A DNA stretch of 64,000 nt from Pachysolen tannophilus NRRL Y-2460 (Eukaryota): positions 248,001-312,000 of the forward strand of contig KV454015.1 in assembly GCA_001661245.1 (NCBI GenBank). The letters run 5' to 3'. The translations under genes and the position numbers were made by a program. Under the pieces are notes generated by a model. The model made no database searches. It had not been told where the DNA came from and saw only the letters and a program-made list of their open reading frames with translations. This document shows positions 41,414-53,362 of this stretch, piece after piece (position 1 is the stretch's first letter; each line of letters starts with the position of its first letter).

Positions 41414-43972
41414 ATGAGCGAAAGAAAACTGGAATTAGAATCTATTCCATATGATAGCCTTAAAACAAGTATTAAGACATCAAAGTCAATGGTGGGGAAA
41501 TCGGACAATAAAAAAAGTAGATCTACAGCTTGTTGTTTGTGTCAGAAAAGAAAGCAAAAATGCGATCATAGGTACCCCAGTTGTACAATATGCATCAAAG
41601 CAGGAGCAGAATGCATTAAACCAGTTAGGTATGGGTTAAAGACACCCGTAAAAGATGAGTATACTTGTTTCTTGGAAAAGAAAATTCAGCATTTAGAGAG
41701 ATTATTAGATATTAATCTTGATTCAAATGATAATACTAAACTAAGGCAAAAAAATCAATCTTTAAAAAATTATAAGAAAGTAACTTCATATATAACAACA
41801 GATTATGAACAACAACCACTGTTAACACCTAAAACAACTATTTTTACATCTAATAACTCATCATCAATAAAAATACCAATCCCTTTGGATTATAATATCA
41901 ACGATGGATATCTTCATACTTCAACATGTAATTTGACTTCTGGTAAGGATCAAGTTAATGCCAATAAAGTAATAAATCATAATCAATCATTTATTGAAAA
42001 ATATAATTTAAAAGATTTTATATCAAATGAACCCGTTTATCAAATTGAAGAAAAATATTCTAGACAATTTTTACAAATCTATTTTTCAAGGTATCATTAT
42101 AAAATTCCTTTATTAGATGAAGATATTATGTATACATTTCATAATTCTTTTTTCAATAATACAATAAATTGTTTTGAGGATAACAATGATTTGTTTAATA
42201 TATTAAGTTCTAAGATGTGGCTTGTTTTTGCCATTGCTGCAAATATGCAAATGACAATTGGTCATTATTCAGGTCCATTGCCTGAACGGTTTTTTGCAAC
42301 AGCATTGAGATATATAATGAAATGTGAAAAAATTGATGATATGAATAAAATTGAAATTTTATCATTATTAGTTGTTTATTTGATGAGAACAGATAAAGAT
42401 TCTGTAGAAGTTTATGAAATCATTGGTGATGCAATGCAAATATGCAAAAAACTTAAATTACACAAGACAATAACTACTATTCATGAAAAAGATAGAAAAT
42501 TAAAAGATAAAAAATTAAGAACTTTTTGGTCTGTATATTTATTAGAAAAACCAATTGCAATCGCTGTTAGTAAACCTTATGTTTTACCAGAATCATTATG
42601 TGATAAAGATTTACTTTTATTTCTGTATGAACCTTCAAAGGCAAATCATCCAATTGATGGTCCAATTTTTATTAACCAAATAATTAAAATTAGAAGAATT
42701 GAAGCTGAGTTTGTTGAGAAATTAGGAATATTAAACATAAATTCAGATGTTACAAAAAATCAACTTCCAATGGTTCAATATTATTTTGATAAGTTGGATA
42801 AATGGAGACAGGATTGTCAAGGTTTTTCGAATGGGATGGAAAATGAAACTTTGAGTCTATATTATTATCGTTCTATAAGATTGTTGATACAACCTTATTT
42901 AGAGCTATTAGATCTGGAAAATAGGTTATTCAAAGAATGTCAGGCAGCTGCGGGTCAGATATGCCAATGTTTCAAAAATTTTCATGAAAAAACTGTTTAC
43001 GGTCACTCCACTATACATATTCACGCAGTATTTGTTGCTGGTGTAACTCTCATATATTGTTTATGGCTAAGAAGAAATCAAGATGACATGCATCGTAAAC
43101 AGTTAGGTGATCATGCAAAACATACTCGTCCAATTGTCTCTGAACTGTTGTTTTCTGGACTAAATGATCTTAGTGCATGCTCTGTCAGTCTTTTTGTTAT
43201 GGCAGAACGTACAAAATTTGCACTTAGCTTCAGAGATACTTTTGACGAATTGATGAGTGTGACAATTGGTAACTTAATTTTAAGGTGTGGGCCTGATTCT
43301 TCTGAGATTGTATACAAAAATGGTCCTGATATGCCACCTGCAATAGTTAGAAAACGTATAAATCACATTTCAATTGATTCTTTATTGAACTTCAAGAAAA
43401 CAGAACTGGAAAAAGTTGAAGATCTGGAAAGGAAAAGAGTTCTGGGACAATTGAGATGTGCTATTCCAAGAAGGTTAAGTCATTTATTTGCTCACTCTCC
43501 ATTGATTCCTCCACAGGAATACACAACACAAACTGATTCCCAACAAACAAATTCACAAAATCGTACTATAGCACCAATTATTCAATCGACTAGTGTTGCC
43601 ATATTCAAAGAAAAACTGATTTATCCTTTTACAAATAAATTTGCATTACCTTTACAGCAACCTCTTACTCTCGTACATTCTTCACCATTTATCCCACTTC
43701 AATTACTGAAGTTCCCCCAGATAATTCCGGCCTCAGTTGAAGATTCAACACAACTACCACTAACAGAAGAAATAGGAGGAGAAGAAAGTACCAGCTTCAA
43801 CTCAGAAAAGGCACCTTTCAATGGAAGAACTACTACAATGATTAACAATATTTCCACTTGGACTGGTGAAAGTGGTCAGCAAATACACCCGGGATTAATG
43901 AACTTCTCCATAAACGAATTTGAAGATTTCTTCAATAACAACATCAGCGATTACTACGAATTTCTTCCTTAA
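41414..43972 (+). CDS. Zn(II)2Cys6 transcription factor with a fungal-specific TF domain (Ppr1/Stb5-like group)
   Basis: CCLCQKRKQKCDHRYPSCTICIKAGAEC; middle homology region RTFWSVYLLE. Confidence 0.9.
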   Translation: MSERKLELESIPYDSLKTSIKTSKSMVGKSDNKKSRSTACCLCQKRKQKCDHRYPSCTICIKAGAECIKPVRYGLKTPVKDEYTCFLEKKIQHLERLLDINLDSNDNTKLRQKNQSLKNYKKVTSYITTDYEQQPLLTPKTTIFTSNNSSSIKIPIPLDYNINDGYLHTSTCNLTSGKDQVNANKVINHNQSFIEKYNLKDFISNEPVYQIEEKYSRQFLQIYFSRYHYKIPLLDEDIMYTFHNSFFNNTINCFEDNNDLFNILSSKMWLVFAIAANMQMTIGHYSGPLPERFFATALRYIMKCEKIDDMNKIEILSLLVVYLMRTDKDSVEVYEIIGDAMQICKKLKLHKTITTIHEKDRKLKDKKLRTFWSVYLLEKPIAIAVSKPYVLPESLCDKDLLLFLYEPSKANHPIDGPIFINQIIKIRRIEAEFVEKLGILNINSDVTKNQLPMVQYYFDKLDKWRQDCQGFSNGMENETLSLYYYRSIRLLIQPYLELLDLENRLFKECQAAAGQICQCFKNFHEKTVYGHSTIHIHAVFVAGVTLIYCLWLRRNQDDMHRKQLGDHAKHTRPIVSELLFSGLNDLSACSVSLFVMAERTKFALSFRDTFDELMSVTIGNLILRCGPDSSEIVYKNGPDMPPAIVRKRINHISIDSLLNFKKTELEKVEDLERKRVLGQLRCAIPRRLSHLFAHSPLIPPQEYTTQTDSQQTNSQNRTIAPIIQSTSVAIFKEKLIYPFTNKFALPLQQPLTLVHSSPFIPLQLLKFPQIIPASVEDSTQLPLTEEIGGEESTSFNSEKAPFNGRTTTMINNISTWTGESGQQIHPGLMNFSINEFEDFFNNNISDYYEFLP

Positions 43973-44064
43973 TTACATAGATGATCTGAATGTGCTATTA
44001 TAGATAAAACTGGTTTATTTCGTCAACCTCGTTTTATATACGCAGCGAGTGCATTATTATTTTA

Positions 44065-44116
44065 TTTCCCTTTTAGGAATATTAATTGAATTTTTCATCT
44101 GAATTTTTTTACGCGT
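44065..44116. promoter_or_regulatory. ECB (Mcm1) site and MCB element in the MCM5 promoter
   Basis: TTTCCCTTTTAGGAAT at 44065-44080 and ACGCGT at 44111-44116. Confidence 0.65.
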
Positions 44117-44140
44117 CAGCAGAATTTGTTAGCTTTTGAC

Positions 44141-44200
44141 CGCGTAGTTCGCGTAGTTCACGTAGTTCCTGTAGTTCATATAATTCATATAATTCATATA
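44141..44200. repeat. Diverging 9-bp tandem repeat
   Basis: CGCGTAGTT x2, CACGTAGTT, CCTGTAGTT, CATATAATT x2, CATATA. Confidence 0.75.
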
Positions 44201-44308
44201 TTGGTCAAGTCAGTTTCATATATATGATATTATCTTCTTTTCAATATATATATATATATATATATCTTGAGTTTCTTTTATTAAAAAATATATTCATAAA
44301 AGAAGAAA

Positions 44309-46489
44309 ATGTCTTTCGATAGACCGGATATTTATGGCACTTCAGTGTTACAAGCTGAAGATGTATCAGAAGATCAATTTTCTGAAGTTATCAAGGCTTT
44401 CAAAAGTTTTATATTGGAGTTTAGAATCAATAATCTGTTTATTTACAGAGACCAGTTGAGGGAAAACTTATTGATCAAGAAGTATGAGCTTACTGTTTTG
44501 AATGAGCACTTGATTGTTTATAATGAAGAGTTAAATAAAAAATTAGTTGATGATCCATTAGAGATTTTACCTTTATTTGAACAAGCCATTACAGAAATTT
44601 CCAAAAAAATATTATATTTATCTAATGAAAAGATTCCTTTGAATTTCCCTAATTGTCAGTTAATTTTAATTTCTAAAGATAATGAGGTCCTGATTAGAGA
44701 ATTATCCTCTGAACATATTTCAAAAATTGTTAGAATTTCTGGTATTATTATTAGTTGTTCTACTTTATATTCAAAAGCCACAAATGTTTCAATAATGTGT
44801 AGGTCTTGTAAACATACTATGAAGTTGAAAGTTAGTAATAATTTTGGTCCAATTCAGTTACCTAAAAATTGTCAATCAGTTAATAATATTAGTAGCAATA
44901 ATGGAGAAAAATCAGAATGTGGTCCTGACCCATATTTGATCTTACATGATAAATCTACTTTTGTTGATGAACAAAGTTTGAAATTACAAGAAAACCCAGA
45001 AGATGTCCCAGTTGGTGAATTACCAAGACATATTACTTTAAGTGTTAATAGAAATTTAACAAATAGATTAGTTCCTGGAAACAAATGTACTTTGACTGGT
45101 ATATACGCTATTTATCAAGCAAAACAAAAAGGTTCAGGTGCTAATACTAGTGGTAATGCAGTTGCCATTAGAAATCCATATTTAAAAGTCTTGGGTATTC
45201 AATCAAATAGTAGTGATGAAAATCATATGATTTTTTCAGAACAAGAAGAAGAAGAATTTATACAAATGTCAAGAGATCCAAAGATTTATGAAAAATTTGC
45301 AAATTCAATTGCACCATCAATTTTTGGAAGTGAAGATATTAAAAAAGCTTTAGTATGTTTATTGATGAGTGGTTCTAAAAAATTTTTACCTGATGGTATG
45401 AGACTTAGAGGAGATATTAATGTTTTATTATTAGGTGATCCAGGTACTGCAAAATCTCAATTATTAAAATTTATTGAAAAAGTTTCACCAATTTCTATTT
45501 ATACTTCTGGTAAAGGTTCTTCTGCTGCAGGTTTAACTGCTTCAGTTCAAAGAGATGCCACAACTAGAGAATTTTATCTTGAAGGAGGTGCAATGGTTTT
45601 AGCTGATGGTGGTATTGTTTGTATTGATGAATTTGATAAGATGAGAGATGAAGATAGAGTTGCTATTCATGAAGCAATGGAACAACAAACTATTTCAATT
45701 GCTAAAGCTGGCATTACAACAATTTTAAATTCCAGAACTTCTGTTTTGGCAGCAGCAAATCCTATATTTGGTCGTTATGATGATATAAAATCTGCTGGAG
45801 AAAATATTGATTTTCAATCAACAATTTTAAGTAGATTTGATTTAATTTTCATTATAAGAGATCATCATGATGAAAAAAATGATCGTACTATTGCCAACCA
45901 CGTTTTACAATTACATGCTACAGGTGGATCAGATAGAACTGAAGTTGGTGATATACCATTATCCAAGATGAAAAGATATGTTAATTATTGTAAATTAAAA
46001 TGTGCTCCTAGATTATCAAAGGAAGCAGCAGAAATGCTTTCTTCTCATTTTGTTGAAATCCGTAAAAGAGTGAATAATTTGGAATCAATTTCTTCTTCAA
46101 GATCTTCAATTCCAATTACTATTAGACAATTGGAATCTTTAGTAAGAATTAGTGAAGCTTTAGCAAAGATCCAATTAAGTCCTATAGCAACAGAAGAACA
46201 TGTAAAAGAAGCTTTACGTTTATTTAATGCTTCTACTTTAGATGCAATTCAAAGTGATAGTTCATCAAATAATGAAGACATTAAAAAGGAAATCGAAACA
46301 ATTGAAATTCAAGTTAAGAGAAGATTACCAATTGGATGGTCCACATCTTATAAAACATTGAAAAGAGAATTTGTAGATGGAAAGGGCTTTAATCAACAAA
46401 GTTTGGACAGAGCATTATATATATTGTCAAGGCACGATACAATCCAAATGAGAAATCAAAATGCAAATATATATAGGTCCGGAGTTTAG
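44309..46489 (+). CDS. MCM5: Replicative helicase subunit Mcm5
   Basis: Motifs [18 protein letters not shown] and [14 protein letters not shown] is characteristic of Mcm5. Confidence 0.97.
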   Translation: MSFDRPDIYGTSVLQAEDVSEDQFSEVIKAFKSFILEFRINNLFIYRDQLRENLLIKKYELTVLNEHLIVYNEELNKKLVDDPLEILPLFEQAITEISKKILYLSNEKIPLNFPNCQLILISKDNEVLIRELSSEHISKIVRISGIIISCSTLYSKATNVSIMCRSCKHTMKLKVSNNFGPIQLPKNCQSVNNISSNNGEKSECGPDPYLILHDKSTFVDEQSLKLQENPEDVPVGELPRHITLSVNRNLTNRLVPGNKCTLTGIYAIYQAKQKGSGANTSGNAVAIRNPYLKVLGIQSNSSDENHMIFSEQEEEEFIQMSRDPKIYEKFANSIAPSIFGSEDIKKALVCLLMSGSKKFLPDGMRLRGDINVLLLGDPGTAKSQLLKFIEKVSPISIYTSGKGSSAAGLTASVQRDATTREFYLEGGAMVLADGGIVCIDEFDKMRDEDRVAIHEAMEQQTISIAKAGITTILNSRTSVLAAANPIFGRYDDIKSAGENIDFQSTILSRFDLIFIIRDHHDEKNDRTIANHVLQLHATGGSDRTEVGDIPLSKMKRYVNYCKLKCAPRLSKEAAEMLSSHFVEIRKRVNNLESISSSRSSIPITIRQLESLVRISEALAKIQLSPIATEEHVKEALRLFNASTLDAIQSDSSSNNEDIKKEIETIEIQVKRRLPIGWSTSYKTLKREFVDGKGFNQQSLDRALYILSRHDTIQMRNQNANIYRSGV

Positions 46490-46712
46490 TTAGAAGTAAT
46501 AAGTAATTCTTTATAGTTATTGTTGTTTTCTATTGGTTGTTAGTTTGTATTTTCTTGGTTAGTTTTATATTTAATATTATGGTATTATTTACCCCACAAA
46601 GATTACCTTATTAGTAAAGCAACATGGTAAATTAATTAATGTTGAAGAATTTTTCATTAATTCAATTTAACTATTTAATTATATCTTTTATTAATATATA
46701 TCTTATTCAAAG

Positions 46713-47531
46713 ATGTCTTCTCTGATATTATATGAGCCTCATTATGATGAGAAAATAGTTGTTATTAAGTTTAACCAACCTTTGAAGTTGAATTCATTAA
46801 ATCATGAAGAGTATTTTTTATTAGGAGAATTGATGGTAAAGGCCAATGATGATCCAAATTCAATTTTCACTGTTTTACAATCCACTGGGCGTTATTTTTC
46901 AGCTGGTGCTGATATTAAAGATGGAAGTATTTTGACTAATGATTTACTTGATAATAAGGATCAATATTGGCTTTCAAAAGTTGTTTCTAGAAATATTTAT
47001 TTGACTTCATTATTTATTAACCATAAGAAAATTCTTGTGAGTTGTCTTAATGGTCCTGTAATTGGATTAACTGCGGCATTAATATGTTTAAGTGATTTAA
47101 TTTATTGTTTTAATGATAAAGATGTGTTTCTCTTATTGCCATTTAGTAATATAGGTTTAGTTTGTGAAGGAGCGGTTTCACGTTCACTTTTGAAAAGAAT
47201 AGGAATTTCAAAAACAAATGAACTGATTTTATTATCAAAACCTATCTATGCTAAAGAATTATATAGACTTGGGTTTATCAATAAAATCTATAATCTTGAT
47301 AATGTCAAAGTTTTTAACAACCTGGTTATTGAAGATATTAATAACGTATCTAAAAATTTGGATCATCAGTCTATTTTGGATAATAAACTGTTAATTTCTC
47401 AAGATTGGAAAGATGATTTAAGTTATAGTAATCAGGCTGAAGCATTAGCAGGTTTTGCCAAGTGGTGTGCTGATATACCGCAGCAAAGGTTTAAAGAATT
47501 GGCATCAAGGGGAAGAAAACATAAATTATAA
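46713..47531 (+). CDS. ECI1: Peroxisomal delta3,delta2-enoyl-CoA isomerase
   Basis: Crotonase motifs QSTGRYFSAGAD, LNGPVIG and PFSNIGLVCEG; PTS1-like C-terminus HKL. Confidence 0.88.
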   Translation: MSSLILYEPHYDEKIVVIKFNQPLKLNSLNHEEYFLLGELMVKANDDPNSIFTVLQSTGRYFSAGADIKDGSILTNDLLDNKDQYWLSKVVSRNIYLTSLFINHKKILVSCLNGPVIGLTAALICLSDLIYCFNDKDVFLLLPFSNIGLVCEGAVSRSLLKRIGISKTNELILLSKPIYAKELYRLGFINKIYNLDNVKVFNNLVIEDINNVSKNLDHQSILDNKLLISQDWKDDLSYSNQAEALAGFAKWCADIPQQRFKELASRGRKHKL

Positions 47532-47557
47532 AATAAATTTAATTAAAAAATCTTTCT

Positions 47558-48496
47558 TCAGTTTAATTTTATTTCTTCTGTTTCTTCTTCTACTTCTTCA
47601 TTATTTTTAACAATAGTATAACCTGTTATTCCACCAAATACCAGTATTAATATTGTTACCAATGCACTTCTTGTTAATTGCCATCTTAAACTTTCAATAT
47701 GACTTTTCAAATTTCCAACTAATTCACTAATAATTTTATTATTTAAATCATGATTTTTCAAATTTAACATTTTTAAATGTAAATTATTTTCATGTTTAAA
47801 TTGATTTAATTCTAATTTTATTCCATTATCTGTTAATTTATAGGAAGTAAATAATTCATCTTCAATATTAGTAAATATTCTTTTCAAAATTATAGAATTA
47901 TATGCCAAATCATTTAATTTAGAAAATCGTTGTTGTGATAATTCTAATTTCATTTCTTGTTGCAGAGCTTCAAATAAATAAGTTTCATTTGATAATTTTG
48001 TATCATTCAGAAATTGTGATCTTAATTCAGAAATATTATTTGATAAATTTGTTAATAAAATCTTTAAAACTAATTTAGATTGTGGAGCTGTAAATTCAGC
48101 TTCACGTAACTTATTATAGATCAAATTTGTATCAATATACCTTTCAATTTTATTCTCCACCACCACTGAATCTTCATTACCATTATCATTACCATTATCT
48201 TGCTTTTCCTCAGGGGAAACATCTTTTTTCATCAATAATTTCGAATCCTTCTCATCAACTCCATCACCACTATTAGCACCATCAGAAGCCAGCACCAGTT
48301 CTTGTTCCTTATCCTTCAACTCCTCAAATAGCTGACTTGCCGTAGTCTTGTATGTTTTTTTAGAATCACCACCATCATTAGTCAATTCACCTTCATTATT
48401 TATTTCATTTAATACATTGGATATATTAGAAGTAGATTTATTGGCTCTTCCAGAAAACCAACTAAACTGTCTCCGATAAACTAATCCTCTAATCAT
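47558..48496 (-). CDS. PUT7: Mitochondrial CCDC90/MCUR1-like (DUF1640) protein, Put7-like
   Basis: Presequence, DT..IY..L..A.FT..QS, coiled coil, IESLRWQLTR and a C-terminal TM; convergent with ECI1 as in yeast. Confidence 0.7.
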   Translation of the reverse strand: MIRGLVYRRQFSWFSGRANKSTSNISNVLNEINNEGELTNDGGDSKKTYKTTASQLFEELKDKEQELVLASDGANSGDGVDEKDSKLLMKKDVSPEEKQDNGNDNGNEDSVVVENKIERYIDTNLIYNKLREAEFTAPQSKLVLKILLTNLSNNISELRSQFLNDTKLSNETYLFEALQQEMKLELSQQRFSKLNDLAYNSIILKRIFTNIEDELFTSYKLTDNGIKLELNQFKHENNLHLKMLNLKNHDLNNKIISELVGNLKSHIESLRWQLTRSALVTILILVFGGITGYTIVKNNEEVEEETEEIKLN

Positions 48497-48740
48497 CACT
48501 TCTTCCCCTAAGCTATATCTTTTCCTCTTTTCCTCTTTTCCTTCCCACAATTATATATAAATATTTCTTTTTCTATTAATTTATTAAAAATATTTAATTA
48601 AAAACTATATGAAAAAAGAAAAAATGGAAATTTAAAAATTATTTTAAATATTTTTAATTTAAACAAAAAAGAAAAGAAAAGAAAAGAAAAAAGGTTTAAT
48701 ATTATTGATAATAAGTGGTGATTAAGAGGATAGATTAAGG

Positions 48741-49145
48741 ATGGCGTAAGTATCAAAGTGAATTAAATGGAATTAAATGGGTTTTTTTTTTGTTTTAATT
48801 AATCATACTAACAGAATTAAAAGTGAATTACTTCATAAACCAAAATCTGAACTTACAGACTTGGAATTAATCAAGTTGGAAGAATATGAATTTAATAATG
48901 GACCAATGTCGATATTGACCAATGCTATAAAACAACAATCTACAATATTGATATCGCTAAGAAACAATCATAAATTAATTTGTAAAGTGAAATCTTTTGA
49001 TAGACATTGTAATATGATTTTAGAAAATGTTAAAGAGATTTGGGAAGAAATTGGTGAAAATAAAAAGAAAATTTTAAAAGAAAGGTTTATAAGTAAGTTA
49101 TTTCTTAGAGGTGATAATGTGATAGTCATCTTGAAACATGATTAG
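48741..49145 (+). CDS. SMD2: Sm protein D2. Exon 1 ATGGC 48741-48745; intron from 48746 to 48814 or 48823.
   Basis: Motifs KPKSEL, EF..GPMS, RNNHKL...[17 protein letters not shown] and KLFLRGD; GTAAGT donor and TACTAAC at 48806-48812. Confidence 0.93.
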
Positions 49146-49334
49146 TTACATCAATTGAAATGGGGTAGAGGTTCTTTTTTAGTTTTGTATAAAATTAAAT
49201 CTATATAGTTTTTATAAATTAAATGTTTTTAATTAAAAAATTTTTCACTTTTCAAATATTATATTTAAAAGTTATTTAATTTAAAAAAGAAAACAATCTA
49301 TTTTAAAAATATAGTAAAGTTGAATGGTGGTGAG

Positions 49335-49365
<31 letters not shown>

Positions 49366-49378
49366 ATTTGAATTAAAG

Positions 49379-51340
49379 ATGTTATTGAGATTTGTATCTC
49401 GTTGTTTTAAAAATTATAATGGGTTTATTAAATCCAGGTATTTCTCGTTATCAATTAATATGAAAAATGCTAATAATTTAAATATAAATAATGAATTAAC
49501 AAGTTCACAACAATTGATTCAAGAAAGAATAGATCGGATACCAATTAGTAATTATAGAAACTTTGTTATAGTGGCACACGTTGATCATGGGAAATCTACT
49601 TTATCAGATAGGTTATTAGAACTTACTGGTGTTATTAAACATGGTTCTGGGAATAAACAAATATTAGATAAATTAGATGTTGAAAGAGATAGAGGAATTA
49701 CAGTTAAAGCACAAACTTGTTCAATGTTATATAATTATAAAGATCAAGATTATTTATTACATTTGGTGGATTCTCCAGGACATGTTGATTTTAGACTTGA
49801 AGTTTCTAGATCATATGCCTCGTGTGGTGGTGCTTTATTATTAGTTGATGCTGTTGAAGGTATTAAAGCTCAAACTGTTTCTAATTTTTATCTTGCTTAT
49901 AGTATGAATTTGAAATTAATTCCTGTTATAAATAAAGTTGATTTAGATTCAGCAAATGTGATAAAAGTGGAAGAACAAATTGAAAATACATTTGAATTAA
50001 TGAAAGATGAAATTATTCATGTTAGTGCAAAGACTGGTTTAAATGTTGATAAAATAATTCCAAGAATAATACAAGATATTCCTGCACCAACTGGTAATAT
50101 AAATAATCCTTTTAGAGCATTAATTGTTGATTCATGGTATGATCCTTATCTTGGTGTAGTATTATTAATTCATGTTGTTGATGGAATGGTTAAAAAAAAT
50201 TCTAAAATTATTTCTTATAGATCCAAGACAAAATATGAAGTTAGAGAAGTTGGTATAATGTATCCAGATAGAATGCCTACAAGACATCTTCTTGCTGGAC
50301 AAGTAGCTTATATGATACCAGGTATGAGATCACCAGCTGAAGCATTAATTGGTGATACTTTACATAATCAAGGAGAAGAAATTGAACCATTACCTGGTTT
50401 TGAAGAACCTAAACCAATGGTTTTTGTTGGTGCTTTCCCAGCAGAAGGTGTAGAATTTAAATTATTAGAAGAAAGTATGCAACAACTTGTCTTAAATGAT
50501 AGGTCAGTCACTTTACAAAGAGAAACTTCTAATGCTTTAGGTCAAGGTTGGAGATTAGGTTTTTTAGGATCATTACATGCTTCAGTTTTTAAAGAAAGAT
50601 TAGAAAATGAATATGGTGCTAAATTGATTATTACTGCACCAACTGTTCCATATAAAATCATTTATAAAGATGGAAGTTCAAAAATAATTACAAACCCAGA
50701 TGATTTCCCAGAACTTTCAGAAAGAAATAAAATTGATCTGTTTCAAGAACCTTATGTTGAAGCATTAATGACTTTACCACAAGAATATATGGGATCAGTA
50801 ATGAAACTTTGTGAAGCTAATAGAGGTATACAAAAAGATTTAAATTTTATAAATCAACAACAACTTTTATTAAAATATGAAATTCCTTTAAGCCATTTAA
50901 TCGATGATTTTTTCGGGAAATTAAAATCAATAACTCGTGGTTATGCTTCTTTAGATTATGAAGATAGTGGTTATAAAGATTCAGATATTGTCAAATTAGA
51001 ATTGATTGTTAATGGTAAAAGTATAGATGCATTGGCTCAAGTAATGCATAAATCTCAAATTCAAAAAAATGGTAAAGAATATGTTAAAAATTTTAAAAAT
51101 TATTTAAAAATTCAACAATTTGAAATAATAATTCAAGCAAGAGCTGGTGGTAGAATTGTAGCAAGAGAAACAATAAAGGCAAGGAAAAAAGATGTATTGG
51201 CAAAATTACATGCTTCTGATATTACTCGTAGAAAGAAATTATTGGTAAAACAAAAAGAAGGTAAAAAATTATTGAAAAGTATTGGAAATGTTAAAATTAA
51301 TAATGATGCTTATCAAGCATTCTTATCCAGAAAGACGTGA
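49379..51340 (+). CDS. GUF1: Mitochondrial translation factor Guf1 (LepA/EF4)
   Basis: Motifs [35 protein letters not shown] and KQKEGKK. Confidence 0.96.
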   Translation: MLLRFVSRCFKNYNGFIKSRYFSLSINMKNANNLNINNELTSSQQLIQERIDRIPISNYRNFVIVAHVDHGKSTLSDRLLELTGVIKHGSGNKQILDKLDVERDRGITVKAQTCSMLYNYKDQDYLLHLVDSPGHVDFRLEVSRSYASCGGALLLVDAVEGIKAQTVSNFYLAYSMNLKLIPVINKVDLDSANVIKVEEQIENTFELMKDEIIHVSAKTGLNVDKIIPRIIQDIPAPTGNINNPFRALIVDSWYDPYLGVVLLIHVVDGMVKKNSKIISYRSKTKYEVREVGIMYPDRMPTRHLLAGQVAYMIPGMRSPAEALIGDTLHNQGEEIEPLPGFEEPKPMVFVGAFPAEGVEFKLLEESMQQLVLNDRSVTLQRETSNALGQGWRLGFLGSLHASVFKERLENEYGAKLIITAPTVPYKIIYKDGSSKIITNPDDFPELSERNKIDLFQEPYVEALMTLPQEYMGSVMKLCEANRGIQKDLNFINQQQLLLKYEIPLSHLIDDFFGKLKSITRGYASLDYEDSGYKDSDIVKLELIVNGKSIDALAQVMHKSQIQKNGKEYVKNFKNYLKIQQFEIIIQARAGGRIVARETIKARKKDVLAKLHASDITRRKKLLVKQKEGKKLLKSIGNVKINNDAYQAFLSRKT

Positions 51341-51517
51341 TCAAATCTAATAGACAGTTTCAATTTTTATTCATTTATTTATTTATTTGTAAATAGTCTC
51401 TAATTCATATAATAGTTGTAATAATATTATATATAAAAATAAAAATAAAAGAATCAATAATAATTATAATAATAATAAAAAAAAATACAGTTGCTCTCAA
51501 ACAAAAAAAAAAAGATA

Positions 51518-53032
51518 TTAAATACGATTATCATTTATAGCTTCTTCAGGGTTTGGGGAAGCATTGCCACTAATGTCAGTGCTGTAACTATCATTTAAAT
51601 TGACTGAATTCATTTGTTCTTCCAATTTAACTTCTTCATTGTCTTGCATTAAACCACTAGCTTCAGAAATAACATTATACCAAGTTAACATTTCTTCTTC
51701 ATTTGATGCAGTTAATACTAAATTTTTCTTATTTATATTAATTAAATTGGACATATCTTTACCAACAAGTTCAAATCTAAAATCTTGTTCATCTTTAGGA
51801 TTTCTTTGCTTTATAAAACAATTTGGTAAATAAAATATTAATGATGGATTAGGAGAATCTTTAAAAGATCTACTTGAAAATTCCAAAAAATATCTTGTCT
51901 TTGTAATTACATAATAATAAGTTGATTGAGTCTTTTTAATGAATTTAGCTTCTTTACGAGATAATAATCCATCTAATATAGGATCTATAGAACTATGATG
52001 TTCATTTTGATAAATTATACTTGATAAAGTTTTTTTCAATGAATTTTCATCATTTCTTGGTGAAGTAATTAAATTTTTACCATTTTTTTCTGAAAAATTA
52101 TTCCATTCATAATCATTTGGAATATTTATTAACAGATTATTCAAATTATTAAATGAAAGCATTTCTTGTTGAAATAAATCTTGATTATAAGTATTTAAAT
52201 TATTAAAGATTTTTTTAATAAATTGGAAAATTTGATCTTCAAATATTTTAAAATTCAATTCATTGTTCTTTATGAATTCAATATACATATTTTCTTTCAG
52301 AATTTGTAAATCTCCATAATAAAGTATTAATCTGTTTATAATATATGGATCATTTTTAATATCAACTTTTGAATTTAAAGTATTATAAGCACTATCATAT
52401 AACATTGTTGCATTACCCAATTTCTTAATTTCTTTAGCAGTAACTGCATTAAATTTCTTAATCTCTTTTAATTCTTTAGCAGATTCATTAATCAAAGTTT
52501 TCTTTCTATTTTGAACATCTTCAATCAATTTTTTAAATTCTGGCAAGACATTAACCCGAATCATATTTTCAACTTCTTGAAACTTATCCAAATTATCCTT
52601 CATGTTCCCCTTAATCAATTCATACCAATCATTAATCCCATAACTACTTGAACCAGTAACCGGAGTCACAGGTGCACTTCCACCATTTTGGCCCTTACCA
52701 TTACCATTACCATTATCACTGGCAATTATACCACCACTCAGACCACCACCCTCACTCAAAGTAGCAGCAGATGATCCATTCACAGGTAAACTCGTATTAC
52801 TAGCATCCTGATCAAACTGAGGAATATTGTGACTCACCAATTGCTTATTCAACTTCTCATAACCTTTGATATTATTACCAATAATACTCAAATAACTTTC
52901 AATAAAATTTTGTAAATTTTGAATAGTAAGAAGCCATTTATCATACCTTTGAGCCAAGATACTCGAGGAATCTACTGGAATCGAATCCACCAATGACCTC
53001 AGCTCATTACCTTGACCCGTTTCTCCTTCCAT
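51518..53032 (-). CDS. BAR-like helical plus PH-domain protein (Slm1/Ask10-like architecture)
   Basis: Helical N-terminal region with KNDPYIIN; PH domain G.LSRK...YYVITKT.YFLEF...ASNEEEMLTWY. Confidence 0.65.
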   Translation of the reverse strand: MEGETGQGNELRSLVDSIPVDSSSILAQRYDKWLLTIQNLQNFIESYLSIIGNNIKGYEKLNKQLVSHNIPQFDQDASNTSLPVNGSSAATLSEGGGLSGGIIASDNGNGNGKGQNGGSAPVTPVTGSSSYGINDWYELIKGNMKDNLDKFQEVENMIRVNVLPEFKKLIEDVQNRKKTLINESAKELKEIKKFNAVTAKEIKKLGNATMLYDSAYNTLNSKVDIKNDPYIINRLILYYGDLQILKENMYIEFIKNNELNFKIFEDQIFQFIKKIFNNLNTYNQDLFQQEMLSFNNLNNLLINIPNDYEWNNFSEKNGKNLITSPRNDENSLKKTLSSIIYQNEHHSSIDPILDGLLSRKEAKFIKKTQSTYYYVITKTRYFLEFSSRSFKDSPNPSLIFYLPNCFIKQRNPKDEQDFRFELVGKDMSNLININKKNLVLTASNEEEMLTWYNVISEASGLMQDNEEVKLEEQMNSVNLNDSYSTDISGNASPNPEEAINDNRI

Positions 53033-53278
53033 ACCTTGCTATAAACAATTATAAATAGTAATTCTCAACTACTAATTTAATTAATTAATATTATGTAAAG
53101 CAACTAATTAATTTAAAGCAGAAAAAAAAAATTTAATTCAAATTTAATTAGAAATTATATCTTCAACAGTTCAAAAACAAGTTTTAAAAAACACAACATA
53201 AAGATTTTAATTAGTTTCTCCGAGCTAGACGGATGATATAGCTTTGGGAATAGAGAGGAACAAGTTGTTGAAAATTTG

Positions 53279-53330
53279 ATGATGCCTTTATTTGGCTCGA
53301 GGTTTCGAAGTAATAGCAGTAGCAGTAGCA

Positions 53331-53362
<32 letters not shown>

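Noticed and set aside
48777..48814. ORF-track N-terminus MGFFFVL of SMD2
   Set aside because: Intronic sequence; the real exon 1 is at 48741-48745.
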